Shown in pieces: positions 51,753 to 64,000 of a stretch of DNA of 64,000 nt. The position numbers were made by a program, and so were the translations under genes. The DNA lies in assembly GCF_963921235.1 (NCBI RefSeq), contig NC_086097.1, positions 3,162,001 through 3,226,000 on the forward strand. Direction: 5' to 3'. Source of the DNA: Mobula hypostoma. Lineage: Eukaryota. The notes beneath the pieces are model-generated. The model did no database searches. It saw nothing but the letters and a program-made list of their open reading frames with translations, and was not told the origin of the DNA. The first letter of the stretch is position 1. Every line of letters begins with the position of its first letter.

Positions 51753-52749
51753 CACAATATGAAGTAATATTACCACAAATAAATTAATAAATAATGAAGT
51801 GCATTTGTATATGTTGCTCTGGATTTCCAATGTCTGCAGAATCTCTTGTTGAAGAAAAGGCTGAGGGCACTACATAGAACAAAATCTGTGAGAATAAGAA
51901 ACAATTAGCTTGTAGCATTGAATACTAGCATTCTAAAGTGGACTGTATCTTAATCGAGACACCTACTTGAAAATGTGGAAGATTTCTCAGGTGTGTCTTG
52001 CTCACACAAAAACAAGAAAAATCCATTCTGGCTAATAACCAGCCATTTAAAGCATTCTCAGTTGTCAGCACGTTGATGGAACGTATTGCCAACCGTGTTA
52101 ACATGCAGTGCTTATTCTCCAATATCATGCTCAGTAAGTACTGCTTTGGGATCACTCTCCAGATGTCATCACAACCTTCGTGCAGTCATGTCAGAAGAGT
52201 ATGATTGCTCTTGACTACAAAAAAGTATCTGATCAAATGTGGATTCAAGGTGCCTTGAAAATCCCGAAGTCAGTGACTGTTAAGTGGAAACCATTGCAAT
52301 CATTGGCGTCACTTCTTGCATAAAGTAAGAATTATTTTTGCCACAAAAGAATCTGCAGATGCTGGAAATCCAGAGCAACATACACAAAGTGCTGGAGGAA
52401 TTCAGCAGGCCAGGCAGCATCTATGGAAAAAAAGTACAGTCTGTGTTTCGGGCCGAGACCCTTCAGCAGGACTGAATGATGCCAAACAGTTAATCAGCCC
52501 AAGGACATCACTGAGGAATTCTTCTGTCTGGTATCCTTGGCCCAAACCATCTTCAGCTCCTTCATTAATGACCTTCCTTCCCCATGAGTTTTAATGCTGA
52601 TTGCACAGTACTCAGCCCCATTAGCAAATATGCTTCATGTAAACAGCCCACAATTGCATGTAATAAGGGCAGAATAATATTCCAGTATAAGCTGATTTAT
52701 AATATTCATATCACAAATGTGCCAGGCAATTTCACTGACAAAAAAAAAG

Positions 52750-52980
52750 CATAGTAACAGGCCCTTCTGGCCCAACGAGCCCATGCTGCCCCGTTATACC
52801 CATGTGACTCATTAACCAACGCCACGTCTTTGGAATGTGGGGGAAACTGGAGCACCGAGCATAAGCCCAAGCAGTCAGAGGGAGAATGTAGAAACTCCTT
52901 AGAGACAGTGGGAGAATTGAACCCGGGTCGTGGGCACTGTAATAGTGTAGTGCTAAGTTCTGTACTACCATAGCGCCCCT
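52750..52980 (-). mobile_element. tRNA-derived SINE
   Basis: Head GGGGCGCTATGGTAGTACAG, B-box-like GGTTCAATTCT, CR1-like tail; related remnants at ~13820-14010 and ~49020-49290. Confidence 0.65.
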
Positions 52981-53182
52981 CTGTTACTCTGCGACATTAC
53001 CACCATGAATATTCTAGGACAGCATTGAACAAAATCTTAGCTAACCAGCCATCTCAATACTGTGGTCATTATGAAAGATAAACTTGTCTTCTGAAACTCC
53101 AAAGTCTTCGCACCAGGTGTAAGACATGCCAGCAGCGTGATAGAATATTCTCCACTTACCCAGACACATTCATTTCAATTGG

Positions 53183-54444
53183 AAACACAAAATACTCTGC
53201 AGATGCTGGGGTCAAAGCAACACTCACAACAAACTGGAGGAACTCAGCAGGTCGGGCAGCATCCGTGGAAACGATCAGTCAACGTTTCCTAGTTCCTCCG
53301 TCTTCGCCGCATCTGCTCCCAGGATGAGGCTTTCCGTTCCAGGACATCTCAAATATCATCTTTCTTTAAGGATCAGGGTTTCCCTTCTGCCGTCATCAAT
53401 GATGCCCTCACCTGCTTCTCCTCCATTTTCCGCACTTCGGCCCTCACCCCATCCTCCCGTTACCACAACAGGGACAGAGTTCCCCTTGGCCTCACCTACC
53501 ACCCCACCAGCCTCCAGATCCAGCACATTATCCTCCGCAACTTCCGCCACCTTCAACAGGACCCCACCACTAAGCACACCTTTCCCTCTCCACCCCTCTC
53601 TGCTTTCCGCAGGGATCGGTCCTTCCGCAACTCCCTGGTCCACACGTCCCTCCGGACGGATCTCCCACCCGACACTTATCCTTGCAAGCGTAAGTGCTAC
53701 ACCTGCCCCTACAGCTCCTCTCTTGCCAGTATTCAGGGCCCCAAACAGTCCTTCCAGGTGAGGCAACACTTCACTTGTGAGTCTAATGGGGTCATCTATT
53801 GCATCCGGTGCTCCCGGTGCGGCCTCCTCTACAGTGGTGAAACCCGATGTAGACTGGGGGGCCACTTCGTCAGCACCTCCGCTCCGTCTGCCAAAACAGA
53901 CAGGATCTCCCAGTTGCCACCCACTTCAACTCTGCTTCCCATTCCAATTCAGATATGTCCATACATGGCCTCCTCTACTGCCATGATGAGGCTAAACTCA
54001 GGTTGGAGGAGCAACACCTTATATACCATCTAGGTAGTCTCCAGCCCCTTGGTATGAACATAGAATTCTCCAACTTCCGGTAATTCCCTCCCCCTTCCTT
54101 CCCCTATCCCTATGTCACTCTGCCCCCTCCCCCAGCTGCCTATCACCTCCCTCATGGTTCCGCCTCCTTCTACTACCCATTGTGCTTTCCCCTATTCCTT
54201 CTTCACCTTTCCTGCCTATCACCTCCCTGCCTCCCTTCCCCCACCCCTTTATCTTTCCCCTTACTGGTTTTTCACCTGGAACCTACCAGCCTTCTCCTTC
54301 CCACCGTCCCCCCACCTTCTTTATAGGGCCTCTGCCCCTTCCCTCTACAGTCCTGACGAAGGGTTCCGGCCTGAAACGTCGACCGATCTTTTCCACGGAT
54401 GCTGCCCGACCTGCTGAGTTCCTCCAGCATGTTGTGAGTGTTGC
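53183..54444 (+). mobile_element. 5'-truncated Penelope-like element with GIY-YIG remnant and inverted 5' terminal repeat
   Basis: FTCESNGVIYCIRCSRCGLLYSGETRCRLG; 53213-53288 is an inverted copy of 54373-54446; 14-bp TSD TTCATTTCA(A/G)TTGG at 53169-82 and 54445-58. Confidence 0.9.
54348..54385 (+). ncRNA. Minimal type I hammerhead ribozyme motif in Penelope terminal repeat
   Basis: CAGTC-CTGACGA-A-GGGT tccg GCCT-GAAAC-GTC-GACCG: intact core, stems I and II, loopless stem III. Confidence 0.7.
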
Positions 54445-55479
54445 TTCATTTCAGTTGGCTCCCAAGAAGCAGAATGAGGCAGCCCGAATGGAATCTGACT
54501 ATCATCCTATTTGTTCATTACCTCAATGATTAGTGCATCATGACTTCGAGCAGATGGGGGTTGTTAGCCATGGTTGGTAGCTCATCTAGGGGAAGGAAAA
54601 CTCCACTACCTTGCAGCTATACCCACTCATGGAGAAGGCTTTGGGAGTAAACCCCGAGGGAAATATCCGGAGCTGGAGTCCCTAAGGCAGTCCTATGTTG
54701 AGTTCAACGCTGACTGGCAACTCCTGTGATGCTGCTGTTACCAAAGTGTATCAGTTGCTGCCATTCCTTTGGATTCATCAGATGCAGAGCGGGGGTGGGG
54801 GGGGGGGATGCTACATGGGCAACAGCTTGTTTTCCATATCACACTGCCCTGGCTTGCATATTACCTCAACAGCTGGGATGCAACCTCCATGATCGATACT
54901 GACTAAGCTGCAGTGTGTATCATTGTCAAAGTACCTCAGTAAGGAACTCGGAAAGATTCTCCCAGACCTCTGCCCACCACCACTGATAGGACAAAGGTAT
55001 CAGTGAATGGGAAAACAATTTGTATCTTCCTCTCCAAGTGCACACTATCCTGACTAAGATCATTGCTGAGTCTAAATCCTGGAACTCAATGACATTGTGG
55101 CAGTACTTTCATCAGAAGGACTTTAGTGGCCAAGGTGAGAGCTCAGTCCTCTTTGGTGATGAGAAGTAGCTAGTGGTCTTGCAGGTGGTATCTGAACACA
55201 ACGGATAATACATCTTTTGTTCCCTTGTACCTGTGCAAAAGTGGACTGAAGTGCCTGAATTCCTGGGATACAGTTACACTTGCAGAATTCTCAGAACTTG
55301 TCCACATCTATTCAACGTTAGTGGTTTTGGAATGAAGTAGGATGTCCTCAGTAAGTGCAAACTGAAAAAGTAACGTTTTATTTGTATCCTTACAAACATG
55401 CAACGGTGTATTCTGATGATGAACTGGAAGTTATCATGGCTATTTATTATGTACCATATTCTAGATTAATTAGATAATT

Positions 55480-56215
55480 AATGCAGACAGTTGTGAGCTG
55501 TTGCAATTTGGGAGGATAAACCTGGGTGGGTCTTACACGGTGAGCAGTAGGGCACTGGGGAATGCAATGGAACAAAGGGACCTTAGAATAGAGATACCTT
55601 ATTCTTTGAACGTGGCACCACAGGCTCATAAAGAGAGCTTTTGACACATTGGCCATCGTAACTCAGGGCACTAAGTACAGGAGTTGGAATGTTATGTTGA
55701 AGTTGTATAAGATGCTGGTGAGGTGAATTTTGGAGTATTTTGTGCAGTTTTGATCACCTACCTGCAGGGAAGATATTAACTAAGCTGATTCCACAACCTA
55801 CAGACTCCACAACTCATGTTCTCAGTATTATTTATTTATTAGGAAAGATACTAGCAAGAGTCAAAGATTAGAAATAAAGGGAACCTTTTCTGATTGGCTG
55901 TGAGGAGTATAGCTAGGGTGAATGCTTGCAGGCGTTTTCCCCTCAGGGTGAGTGTGAAAGGTGAACTATTTAAGGGGAATTTGAGTGTGAATTTCGTCAC
56001 TCAGACAGTGGTATGAGTGTGGATGACCTCCCAGTGGAAATTATTGATGGGAGGTTAATTATTACATTTAGGGAACATTTAGATAGGCCCATGGAGGAGA
56101 GGGGTATGGCATTCTTTGGTCAGGTGCAGGCAGATGGGATGAGGCAGAAGGCCAGGTTGGCACAGACTAGTTGGACCGAAGGGCCTGTTTCAGTGTTGTC
56201 GTGCTTTATGATCCA
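55480..56215 (+). mobile_element. Old CR1 3' fragment
   Basis: Degenerate RT and 3' end similar to other CR1 copies. Confidence 0.65.
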
Positions 56216-56452
56216 TGATGTCTTTTCGAGGCATCAGACCTTGAATATGTTATGGATGCTGGGAAGGGTACTGTGCACGATGGATGGAGCTGGTTGAGTT
56301 CACAACTTTCTGCAGCTTAGTTTTTGATTCTGTGCAGTGGCTCTCCTCCATATGAAACAGTTAAATACTGTATTGGTAAATTGTGATTCATTAGGTTCTT
56401 TAAAGAAATACAGTAATTGTTTACTTTGTGCAAAGAAATCTGCATATGAAAG

Positions 56453-57515
56453 TGACGCACTCAAAATGCTGGAGACGCTCAGCAGGCATTGTAGAAAAGA
56501 GTACAGTCACTGTTTCAGGCTAAGGCCCCTCAGCAGGACACTCTCAGGATAAGGCTTTTCATTCCAGAATGAAGGAGATGTTCTCCAGAACTTCCACCAC
56601 CTCCAACGGGATCACATCACCAAGCACATCTTTCCCTCCTCCCCATTTCTCCCTATGCAACTCCCTTGTCCAATTGTCCTTCCTGGCACTTACCTTGCAA
56701 GCGGAACAAGAGCTGCACCACCTCCTTCACTGCTATTCAGTGCCCAAACAGTCCTTCCAGGTGAGACGACACTCCACCTGTGAGTCTGTTGGGGTCATAT
56801 ACTGGGGTCCTATACTGTGTCCAGTGCTCCATGTGTGGCCTCCTGTGTATGGGTGAGACCTGACGTAGATTGGGAGACCACTTTGCCGAGCACCTACACT
56901 CTGTCCCCCAGAAGAAGCAGGATCTCCCAGATGCCCCCCATTTCAATTCCATTTCCCATTCTCATTCCGATATGTCTATCCATGGCCTCCTCTACTGTTG
57001 CGATGAGGTCACACTCAGGCTGGAGAAACAACACCTTATATTCCACCTTTGTAGCCTCCAACCTGATGGCATGAACATTGACTTCTCTAACTTCCGGTAA
57101 TGCCCCACTCCCCCCTCCCCCCCCCGCCACTTCACCATTCCCCATCCCTTTTTCCCTCGCTGACCTTATCTCCTTGCCTGCCCTCTGGGGCTCCTCCTCA
57201 CTTCTCTTTCTTCCATGGCCTTCTGTCCCCTCCTATTAGATTCCCCCTTCTCCAGCCCTGTATCTCTTTCACCAATCAACTTCCCAGCTTTTCATCCCTA
57301 CCATCCCGGTTTCACCTATCATCTTGTGTTTCTTCCTCCGCCCCCCCCCACCCCACCTTTTAAATTTACTCCTCATTTCCTCATCTTTTTTTCTCCAGTC
57401 CTGCTGAAGGATCTTGGCCTGAAACATCAACTGTACTCTTTTCCATAGATGCTACCTGGCCTGCTGAGTTCCTCCAGCATTTTGTGTGTTGCTTGGATTT
57501 CCAACATTTGCAGAT
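56453..57515 (+). mobile_element. Penelope-like fragment
   Basis: TCESVGVIY, GDHFAEHL, RLEKQHLIF; terminal repeat with degenerate hammerhead at 57396-57433; inverted repeat at 5' end. Confidence 0.85.
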
Positions 57516-57521
57516 TTTAAA

Positions 57522-58190
57522 ACCGCAAACACGAAGAAATCTGCAGAAGCTGGAATTTCAAGCAACTCACATACAAATTGCTGGTGAACGCAGTGGGCCA
57601 GGCAGCATCTATAGGAAGAGGTACAGTCGATGTTTCAGACCGAGACCCTTCGTCAGGACTAACTGAAAGAAGAGATAGTAAGAGATTTGAGAGGGAGAGG
57701 GGGAGATCCGAAATGATAGGAGAAGACAGGAGGGGGAGAGATGGAGCTAAGAGCTGGAAAGTTGATTGGCAAAAGGGATGTGAGAGGATCATGGGACAGG
57801 AGGCCAAGGGAGAAAGAAACGGGGAGGGGGGGGAAAACCCAGAGGATGGGCAAGGGGTATAGTCAGAGGGACAGAGGGAGAAAAAGGAGAGAGAGGGAAA
57901 AAAAAATAATAATAAAAAAAATAAATAAGGGATGGGATACGAAGGGGAGGTGGGGCATTAACGGAAGTTAGAGAAGTCAATGTTCATGCCATCAGGTTGG
58001 AGGCTACCCAGACGGAATATAAAGTGTTGTTCCTCCAACCTGAGTGTGGCTTCATCTTTACTGTAGAGGAGGCCGTGGATAGACATATCAGAATGGGAAT
58101 GGGACGTGGAATTAAAATGTGTGGCCACTGGGAGATGCTGCTTTCTCTGGCGGACAGAGCAGATCTGCAGATTTTCTCTTGTTTTTGCAT
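57522..58190 (-). mobile_element. Penelope-like 3' fragment, tail-to-tail with previous copy
   Basis: Terminal repeat with hammerhead motif 57624-57660 (CTGACGA...GAAAC ATC GACTG); short inverted tail at ~58163-58188. Confidence 0.85.
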
Positions 58191-58667
58191 ATAAAAGTGT
58201 GTTTCTTAATTCTAATCAGAGACATTTATTGAGGCTAGAAACTCCCCATTGAAAATCTTGATGGTACCAAAGGGCTTTCCAGCTGATATATCAAATTGTT
58301 AGCTGCTGTGCAGTGACCTTGGTGTTGGTTGTGGAGAAAGCTCTTGCAAATTGCTCCCATACATAAACTGAAGGATGCTGATGTAGTCTTGTAACACTGT
58401 AGTGTAGTGAAGAAGCAGTGAAAAATATTTCAAGGATGAGATATTTTTGAGGATATGCCATGTCAGTTCAGAGCAGATGAGGCACAATTGCTGTTTATAA
58501 TGTAGGGAAGTATGAGCTCTGATATTAATAATTCTTGAAATTAATCATTCTTAAAACTTCACCTTGAACGACAAGCAATTATTTCCTTACAGAGCTCACA
58601 GAAATATTGGTTTTACCGTATAGAAAGCCACATACTGTTTATTGATCACATTCTCTTTCTTTTGCAG

Positions 58668-58757
58668 TACACAACTGCTGCAATGGAATGCATGCGACAG
58701 TACATCAGCGAATTGCTGGACTTCATAGCTGATATGCACACGCTGACCAAACTGAAG
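58668..58757 (+). CDS. UNC79: UNC79 coding exon: YTTAAMECMRQYISELLDFIADMHTLTKLK
   Basis: TTCTCTTTCTTTTGCAG acceptor, 90 nt, AAG|GTATGT donor; matches recalled UNC79 AAMECVRQYINEVLDFMADMHTLTKLK. Confidence 0.93.
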
Positions 58758-58794
58758 GTATGTCATCTTTTAAAGCTTCTGTTTAAATTCATAG

Positions 58795-59510
58795 TAACAC
58801 ACACAAAATACTGGAGGAACTCAGCAGGTTGGGCAGCATCTATAGAAAGGAATAAACAGTTTCAGGCTGTGACCCCTCATCGGGACTGGAAATGAAGTGA
58901 AGGAGGGGGAGGGGAAGAAGTCAGAAGAAAAAGGTGGGAGAAGGCAAGGAGGACAAGGTAGAATGTGAGGGGTGAAGCCAGGTGGGCAGGAGAGGGAGAA
59001 TGGAATAAGAAGCTGGGAGGTAATAGGTGGAAAAGGTAAGGGCCTGCAGAAGAAGGAACTGATAGGAGAGGAGAGTTGACCATGGGAGAAAGAGAAGAAA
59101 GAAGGTGATAGGCAGGTCAGGGGAAGTGGTAGGAGGCTAGAGTAGGGAATAGAAGAAGGAAGGTGGGATGGACAAAAAACCGTAAGGAGAAATCGATGTT
59201 CATGCCATCAGGCTACCTAGACAGATTGTGATGTGTTGCTCCTCCATCTTGAGAGTGGCCTTATCGTGGCTAAACAGACCATAGACTGACATGTCGGAAT
59301 GGGAATGGAGACAGGAAATACCACATTTCCTGGGTGGAGTGTAGGTACTCGACACAGAGGTCTCCCAGTTCATGTCGAGGCTCACCAATGTAGAGCAGTC
59401 CACATCGGGAGCACCAGACACAACGGACATCCCCAGCAGATTCGCAGGTGAAGTAGTACCCCACCTGGAAGGGCTGTTTGGGGCCCTGAATGGAGGTAAG
59501 AGAGGACATG
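58795..59510 (-). mobile_element. Penelope-like fragment starting ~40 nt after the UNC79 exon donor
   Basis: FTCESAGDVRCVWCSRCGLLYIGE; terminal repeat. Confidence 0.8.
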
Positions 59511-59789
59511 AGTGGGTTATATGTACAGAAAGATGCCGAAAATATCATGAAAGATCCCACCTGTCCTGTTCACGGACTGCTTGTCCAACTTCCATCAGGG
59601 AGGAGACTATGTAGCATCCACACCATTATCACCAGACTCAAAAACAGTTACTTGCCCAAGCAGTAAGTCTGATCGACACCTCCACCCACTAACCCACCCC
59701 CTCCACACCCCCAACCACCACTACTTTATCATTTCCTGTCAGAATCCATGTATAGACCTAGTGTCACTTTATGGACTTACGATCAATCT

Positions 59790-60115
59790 GTTAAGAGGAT
59801 TAGATAGAGTGGACAGCCAGCGCCTCTTCCCCAGGGCACCACTGCTCAATACAAGAGGACATGGCTTGAAGGAAAGGAGTGGGAAGTTCAAGGGGGATAT
59901 TAGAGGAAGGTTTTTTACTCAGAGAGTGGTTGGTGAGTGGAATGCACTGCCTGAGTCAGTGGTGGGTGCAGATACACCAGTGAAATTTAAGAGACTACTA
60001 GACAGGTATATGGAGGAATTTAAGCTGGGGGGTTACATGGGAGGCAGGGTTTGAGGGTCGGTACAACAATGTGGGCCGAAGGGCCTGTACTGTGCTGTAC
60101 TATACTATGTTCTAT
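59790..60115 (+). mobile_element. CR1 3' end nested in a Rex 3' fragment
   Basis: RGLDRVDSQRLFP, FFTQRVV; similar to 41701-41915. Confidence 0.8.
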
Positions 60116-60639
60116 CTATAGAAGCTATTATATATTTATATTTATTGTGTTTATTATTATTATTATTATCATGTTCTTTACCTTATTTTGTTTTTCTGTG
60201 CTGCATGGATCTGGAGTTACAATTATTTTGTTCTCCTTTACACTTGTGTACTGCAGCAGTCTTGGGCATCAATCAATCTTGAATCTCCAGTTCAGAAGAT
60301 CACTCACAAGCACTGACATTGGCTGTGTATATGGCACAATCTCATTGCAGCTCTTAATAGATGGATCATTTGTTTCTTATTAGATCAGCAACATTTCTAG
60401 ACCAAAGTAACGAATGGACTAGAGAGGATGGGTAGAAGCAGATTATTTTCAGTAATTAAAAACAAAAAATTAGGACCATAAGACCATAAGACAAAGGAGC
60501 AGAAATTGGCCATTTGGCCCATCGAGTCTGCTCCGCCTTGGGTAAAGACCTTGGGTAAAGAGGTAAATATTGGGGATTTTGAATGCTGGTCAGAAGTAAC
60601 TTCCTTAGATAGTGCTCTGAGGTTATCATATTAATGTCT

Positions 60640-62485
60640 AGCATTAGTAGTTTAAACTAATTTTGTGGGGGATGGGAGCCAGAATGACAGTGCTGAAGAT
60701 GAGGTGGTTGGTTTACAGAGTCAGGGAGAAACAAACACAGTGATGATGACAGGACAGCAATGGCTGGAATTTCTGGAAGCAATTCAGAATGCACAATATA
60801 TACATCTCAAAGAGGAAGTAATATTTTTAAGGCATGATGACATAGCCATGGCTAATGAGAAGCCAAGGCTAACATAAAAGCCAAAGGGAGGGTATATTAT
60901 AGAGCAAATATTAGTGGGAAGTTAGAAAATTAACAAGCTTTTAAAAACCAACAGGAGTCAGCTAAAAAAACTAATTAAGGAGATAAAGATAGAATACAAA
61001 GTTAAGCTAGCAAATAATACTAAAGAAGATACTAAAATTTCTTCAGATACATAAAGTGTAAAAGAAATGTGAAAGTGGATATCAAACCACTGGAAAATGA
61101 TGCTGGAGAAGTAGGAACAGGGGAACAAAGAAATGGATGAACTGAATAAGTATTTTGCATCAGTCTTCACTCTGGAAGACACTAGCAGTATGGTGGAAGT
61201 TCCAAGTGTCAAGGTGTGTGAAGTTACTATTATTAGGGAGAAGGTTCTTAGGAAACCGAAAGGTCTGAAGGTAGATAAGACACCTGGACCAGATGGTGTG
61301 CAACCCAGGGTTTTGAAAGAGGTGGCTGAGGAGATTGTGGAGGCATTAGTAAAGGAGAATCACTTTTTATTGTGTACTTGGATTTTTAGAAGTCCTTTGC
61401 CAAGGTGCCACACACAAGGCTGCTTAACAAGCTATGAGCCTGTGGTATTCCAGGAAAGATTCTAGCATGGAGAAAGCAGTGGCTGTTTGACAGGAGACAA
61501 AGCTTTTCTGACTGGCTGCCAGTGATTAGTGTTGTTCCACAGGGGTCTGTGTTGGAACCACTTCTTCTTACGTTATATGTCAGTGATTTGCATGATGGAA
61601 TTGATGACTTTGTTGCAAAGTTTGCAGACAATATGAGGGTAAGTGGAGAGGCAGATAGTTTTGAGGAAGTAGGCTTCATAAGGACTTAGACAGATTTGGG
61701 CAAAGAAGTGGGAGATGAAATACAGTGTTGAGAAGTGTATAGCCATGCACTTTGGTAGAAGAAATGAAAGGGTTAACTATTTTCTAACTGAGAGAAAATA
61801 CAAATATCTGAGGCGCAAAGGTTTGATCACCAAAGTTTAGTTTGCAGGTTGAGTCTGTGGTGAAGAAGGCAACTGCGATGTTAGCATTCATTTCAAGAGA
61901 ACTAGAATATAAAAGCAAGAATGTAATGTAGGAGCATTGTGTGTGGTTTTGGGCCCCTTATCTTAGAAAGGATGTGCTGAAACTGGAGAGGATTCAAAGG
62001 AGGTTGATGAAAGTGATTCCAGGATTGAATAACTTGTCATATGAAGAGCGCTTGATGGTTCTGGCCTGTATTCACTGGAACTCAGAAGAATGAGGCGTGA
62101 CCTAAATTGAAACCTATTGAATGCTGAAAGGCCTTGACAGAGTGGATGTGGAGAGGATGTTTTCTATGGTGGGAGAGTCTAAGACCAGGGGACACAGCCT
62201 TAGAATAGAGCGGCATTCTTTTAGAATGTAGATGAGGAGGAATTTCTTTAGCCAGAGAGTGGTGAATCTGTGAATTTCATTGCTACATTCAGTTGTGGAG
62301 GCCAAGACTTTATGTATACTTAAGGCAGAGGTTGATAGATTCTTGATCGGTCAGGGCATGAAGTTATATGGGTGGATGGGGGGGAGGGGAAGGCAGGAGA
62401 TTGGGGCTGAGAGGAAAATGGATCAGCCATGATGAAATGGCAGAGCACTCCTGATGGGCCAAGTGGCTGAATTCTGCTCCTATAT
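60640..62485 (+). mobile_element. Decayed CR1
   Basis: ELNKYFASVFT, KTPGPDG, KFADN remnants and CR1 3' end. Confidence 0.85.
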
Positions 62486-63423
62486 TGTTATCGATATCCT
62501 ATCTTGTTATCGATGAGGCAGAAATTGAATAAATTAATGATGAAAATGGAAAGAAGGACATTTGCTTCTGGATAGGGTAAATGGCAAAATATACTCTCTT
62601 GTTTATTTGCCTGTTTTCCATATTAGAAATTCATTGTATAATTTTGCTGATATGTGATGTGATCATTAGTGGAGAACAAAATGCTATATTATTTCATGAC
62701 TGGCCTTTGTTCAAATTAGTTCCTGATAGGGGTTCTTTGGGATTAACTCTGCAAAGTTCACAGCTGGATACGCAGTTTCCTATCAGCAATCTCCTTTTAA
62801 ACTAGAAAATGCAGAGCTTTACTATCACTGACCACTCTCAAGAAAAGAAGTAACTTGTCTGAATAGAGTCCTCAGTGTTTCTTTTACGTTACATTTGTGC
62901 AAGTGTTAAATTTAGATCAGGACAAGGAAGGATTGCATGTATGTGGATTAGCAGGCTCAAATTCAAGTTTATTGTCGTCTAACTTGACTGTACATAGATA
63001 GAACCAAATGAAACAATGTTCCTCTAGATCATAGTGTACCCACAAAACATATAAGACACACAGCACATAAAACAGAAGTCCTCGTCCTGATGCTCCTTTC
63101 CCTCCTTCCTGACAGTCATGGGTCAGATAGATTGTGGGATGACAAAACAATGCTTTGGTTTCTGCTTGGCTGCAAGAGAAAAGCCTGCCTTATCTCTTGA
63201 TGGTGGCATCAACGTGTTACACACTGAGCATTATAACAACTTTATTAGCTTATGAACACCTTATGATGTCAGTTCACCACCACCTTCTCAAGGGAAACTT
63301 GAATGCCAATTAAAAGTTGGATTAGAGACCATGTCTTGGGTAGGTTCGTTGAATGAACTCAGGCCTTTCTTTTTGGAGTAAAGGAAGATGAGAGATAATT
63401 TAATAGAGGTGTATAAGGAGGTA

Positions 63424-64000
63424 CTTCTCCGTGGATTGTCACCTTGTCATGCTTGTGTGGTCCTGTGATCCCGAGAGCAATGCCGTCTGGAGCTATGCTC
63501 CTGGTAGGGTCACCCATGGCGGTAAGGTCGAGGGTGAGGTCCCTGACAAAGAACAATCCAACCAAGACCTCAATGTGGAACAGACGGACAAAGTTACTTC
63601 GAACTCAACGGCTGTGAGGGCGGATGAAGACTGCAACAAATCCATCAGCTTCAATCGTCGTGGTTTCCATGCCATTGGAATCAGTTGGTTGAATTGTGAA
63701 GTATCGTGTGCTTCTTGGAGTGCAACATCAAATACACGCTCTGTGGGCCACTTCTTCAAGTCTTTCTGCAATCAGGGGAGGGCGACGGGAGCAGTCAATA
63801 TGATGGCTGGAAGCTCCTAGTCAAGAACTGGCACAAAAGCGGTGAATACTTGATTCAGTTGATCAACTTTTGGACAGAAGCAGGAAAGTTGTTCGACAGC
63901 AGTATTCACATCTGAGCAACCCTATTTAGGATCCACTCTGCTCACCCTGAACTGGGAAGGGGCTAGAAAAGGTGCCCCAAAAATAGTCTGCTTCACCCTA
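63424..64000 (+). mobile_element. 5' region of an RTE-clade (Expander/Rex3/BovB-like) element
   Basis: CACCTTGTC...ATGCTCCTGGTAGGGTCACCCATGGC...GGTGAGG...GACAAAGA resembles recalled RTE 5'UTRs. Confidence 0.6.

Noticed and set aside
63431..63820. 129-aa ORF
   Set aside because: Non-ATG start, lies in an RTE-like leader, no recognisable domain

Overview
Vertebrate nuclear DNA, most likely a cartilaginous fish (ray/shark-like repeat landscape; inference). The window holds four short phase-0 coding exons of UNC79 (NALCN channel auxiliary subunit, + strand) at <1-106, 25477-25581, 48915-48992 and 58668-58757. The introns between them are about 25, 23 and 10 kb and are filled with nested transposable elements. 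These include a full-length L1 with intact ORF1 and ORF2 and a 13-bp TSD, a second L1 with a twin-priming 5' inversion, many CR1 and Rex1/Babar LINE fragments, RTE fragments, a decayed IR/DR Tc1 transposon, a MITE, solo-LTR-like elements and a tRNA-Pro primer-binding site. Penelope-like (GIY-YIG) elements carry minimal hammerhead-ribozyme motifs in their terminal repeats. A ~28-30 bp minisatellite appears to have grown out of one Penelope terminal repeat and is now scattered, always in the same orientation, over ~19 kb. Most short ORFs in the track are TE debris or artefacts. Boundaries of TE fragments lacking a TSD are approximate, and gene/family calls are from recall, not database searches.
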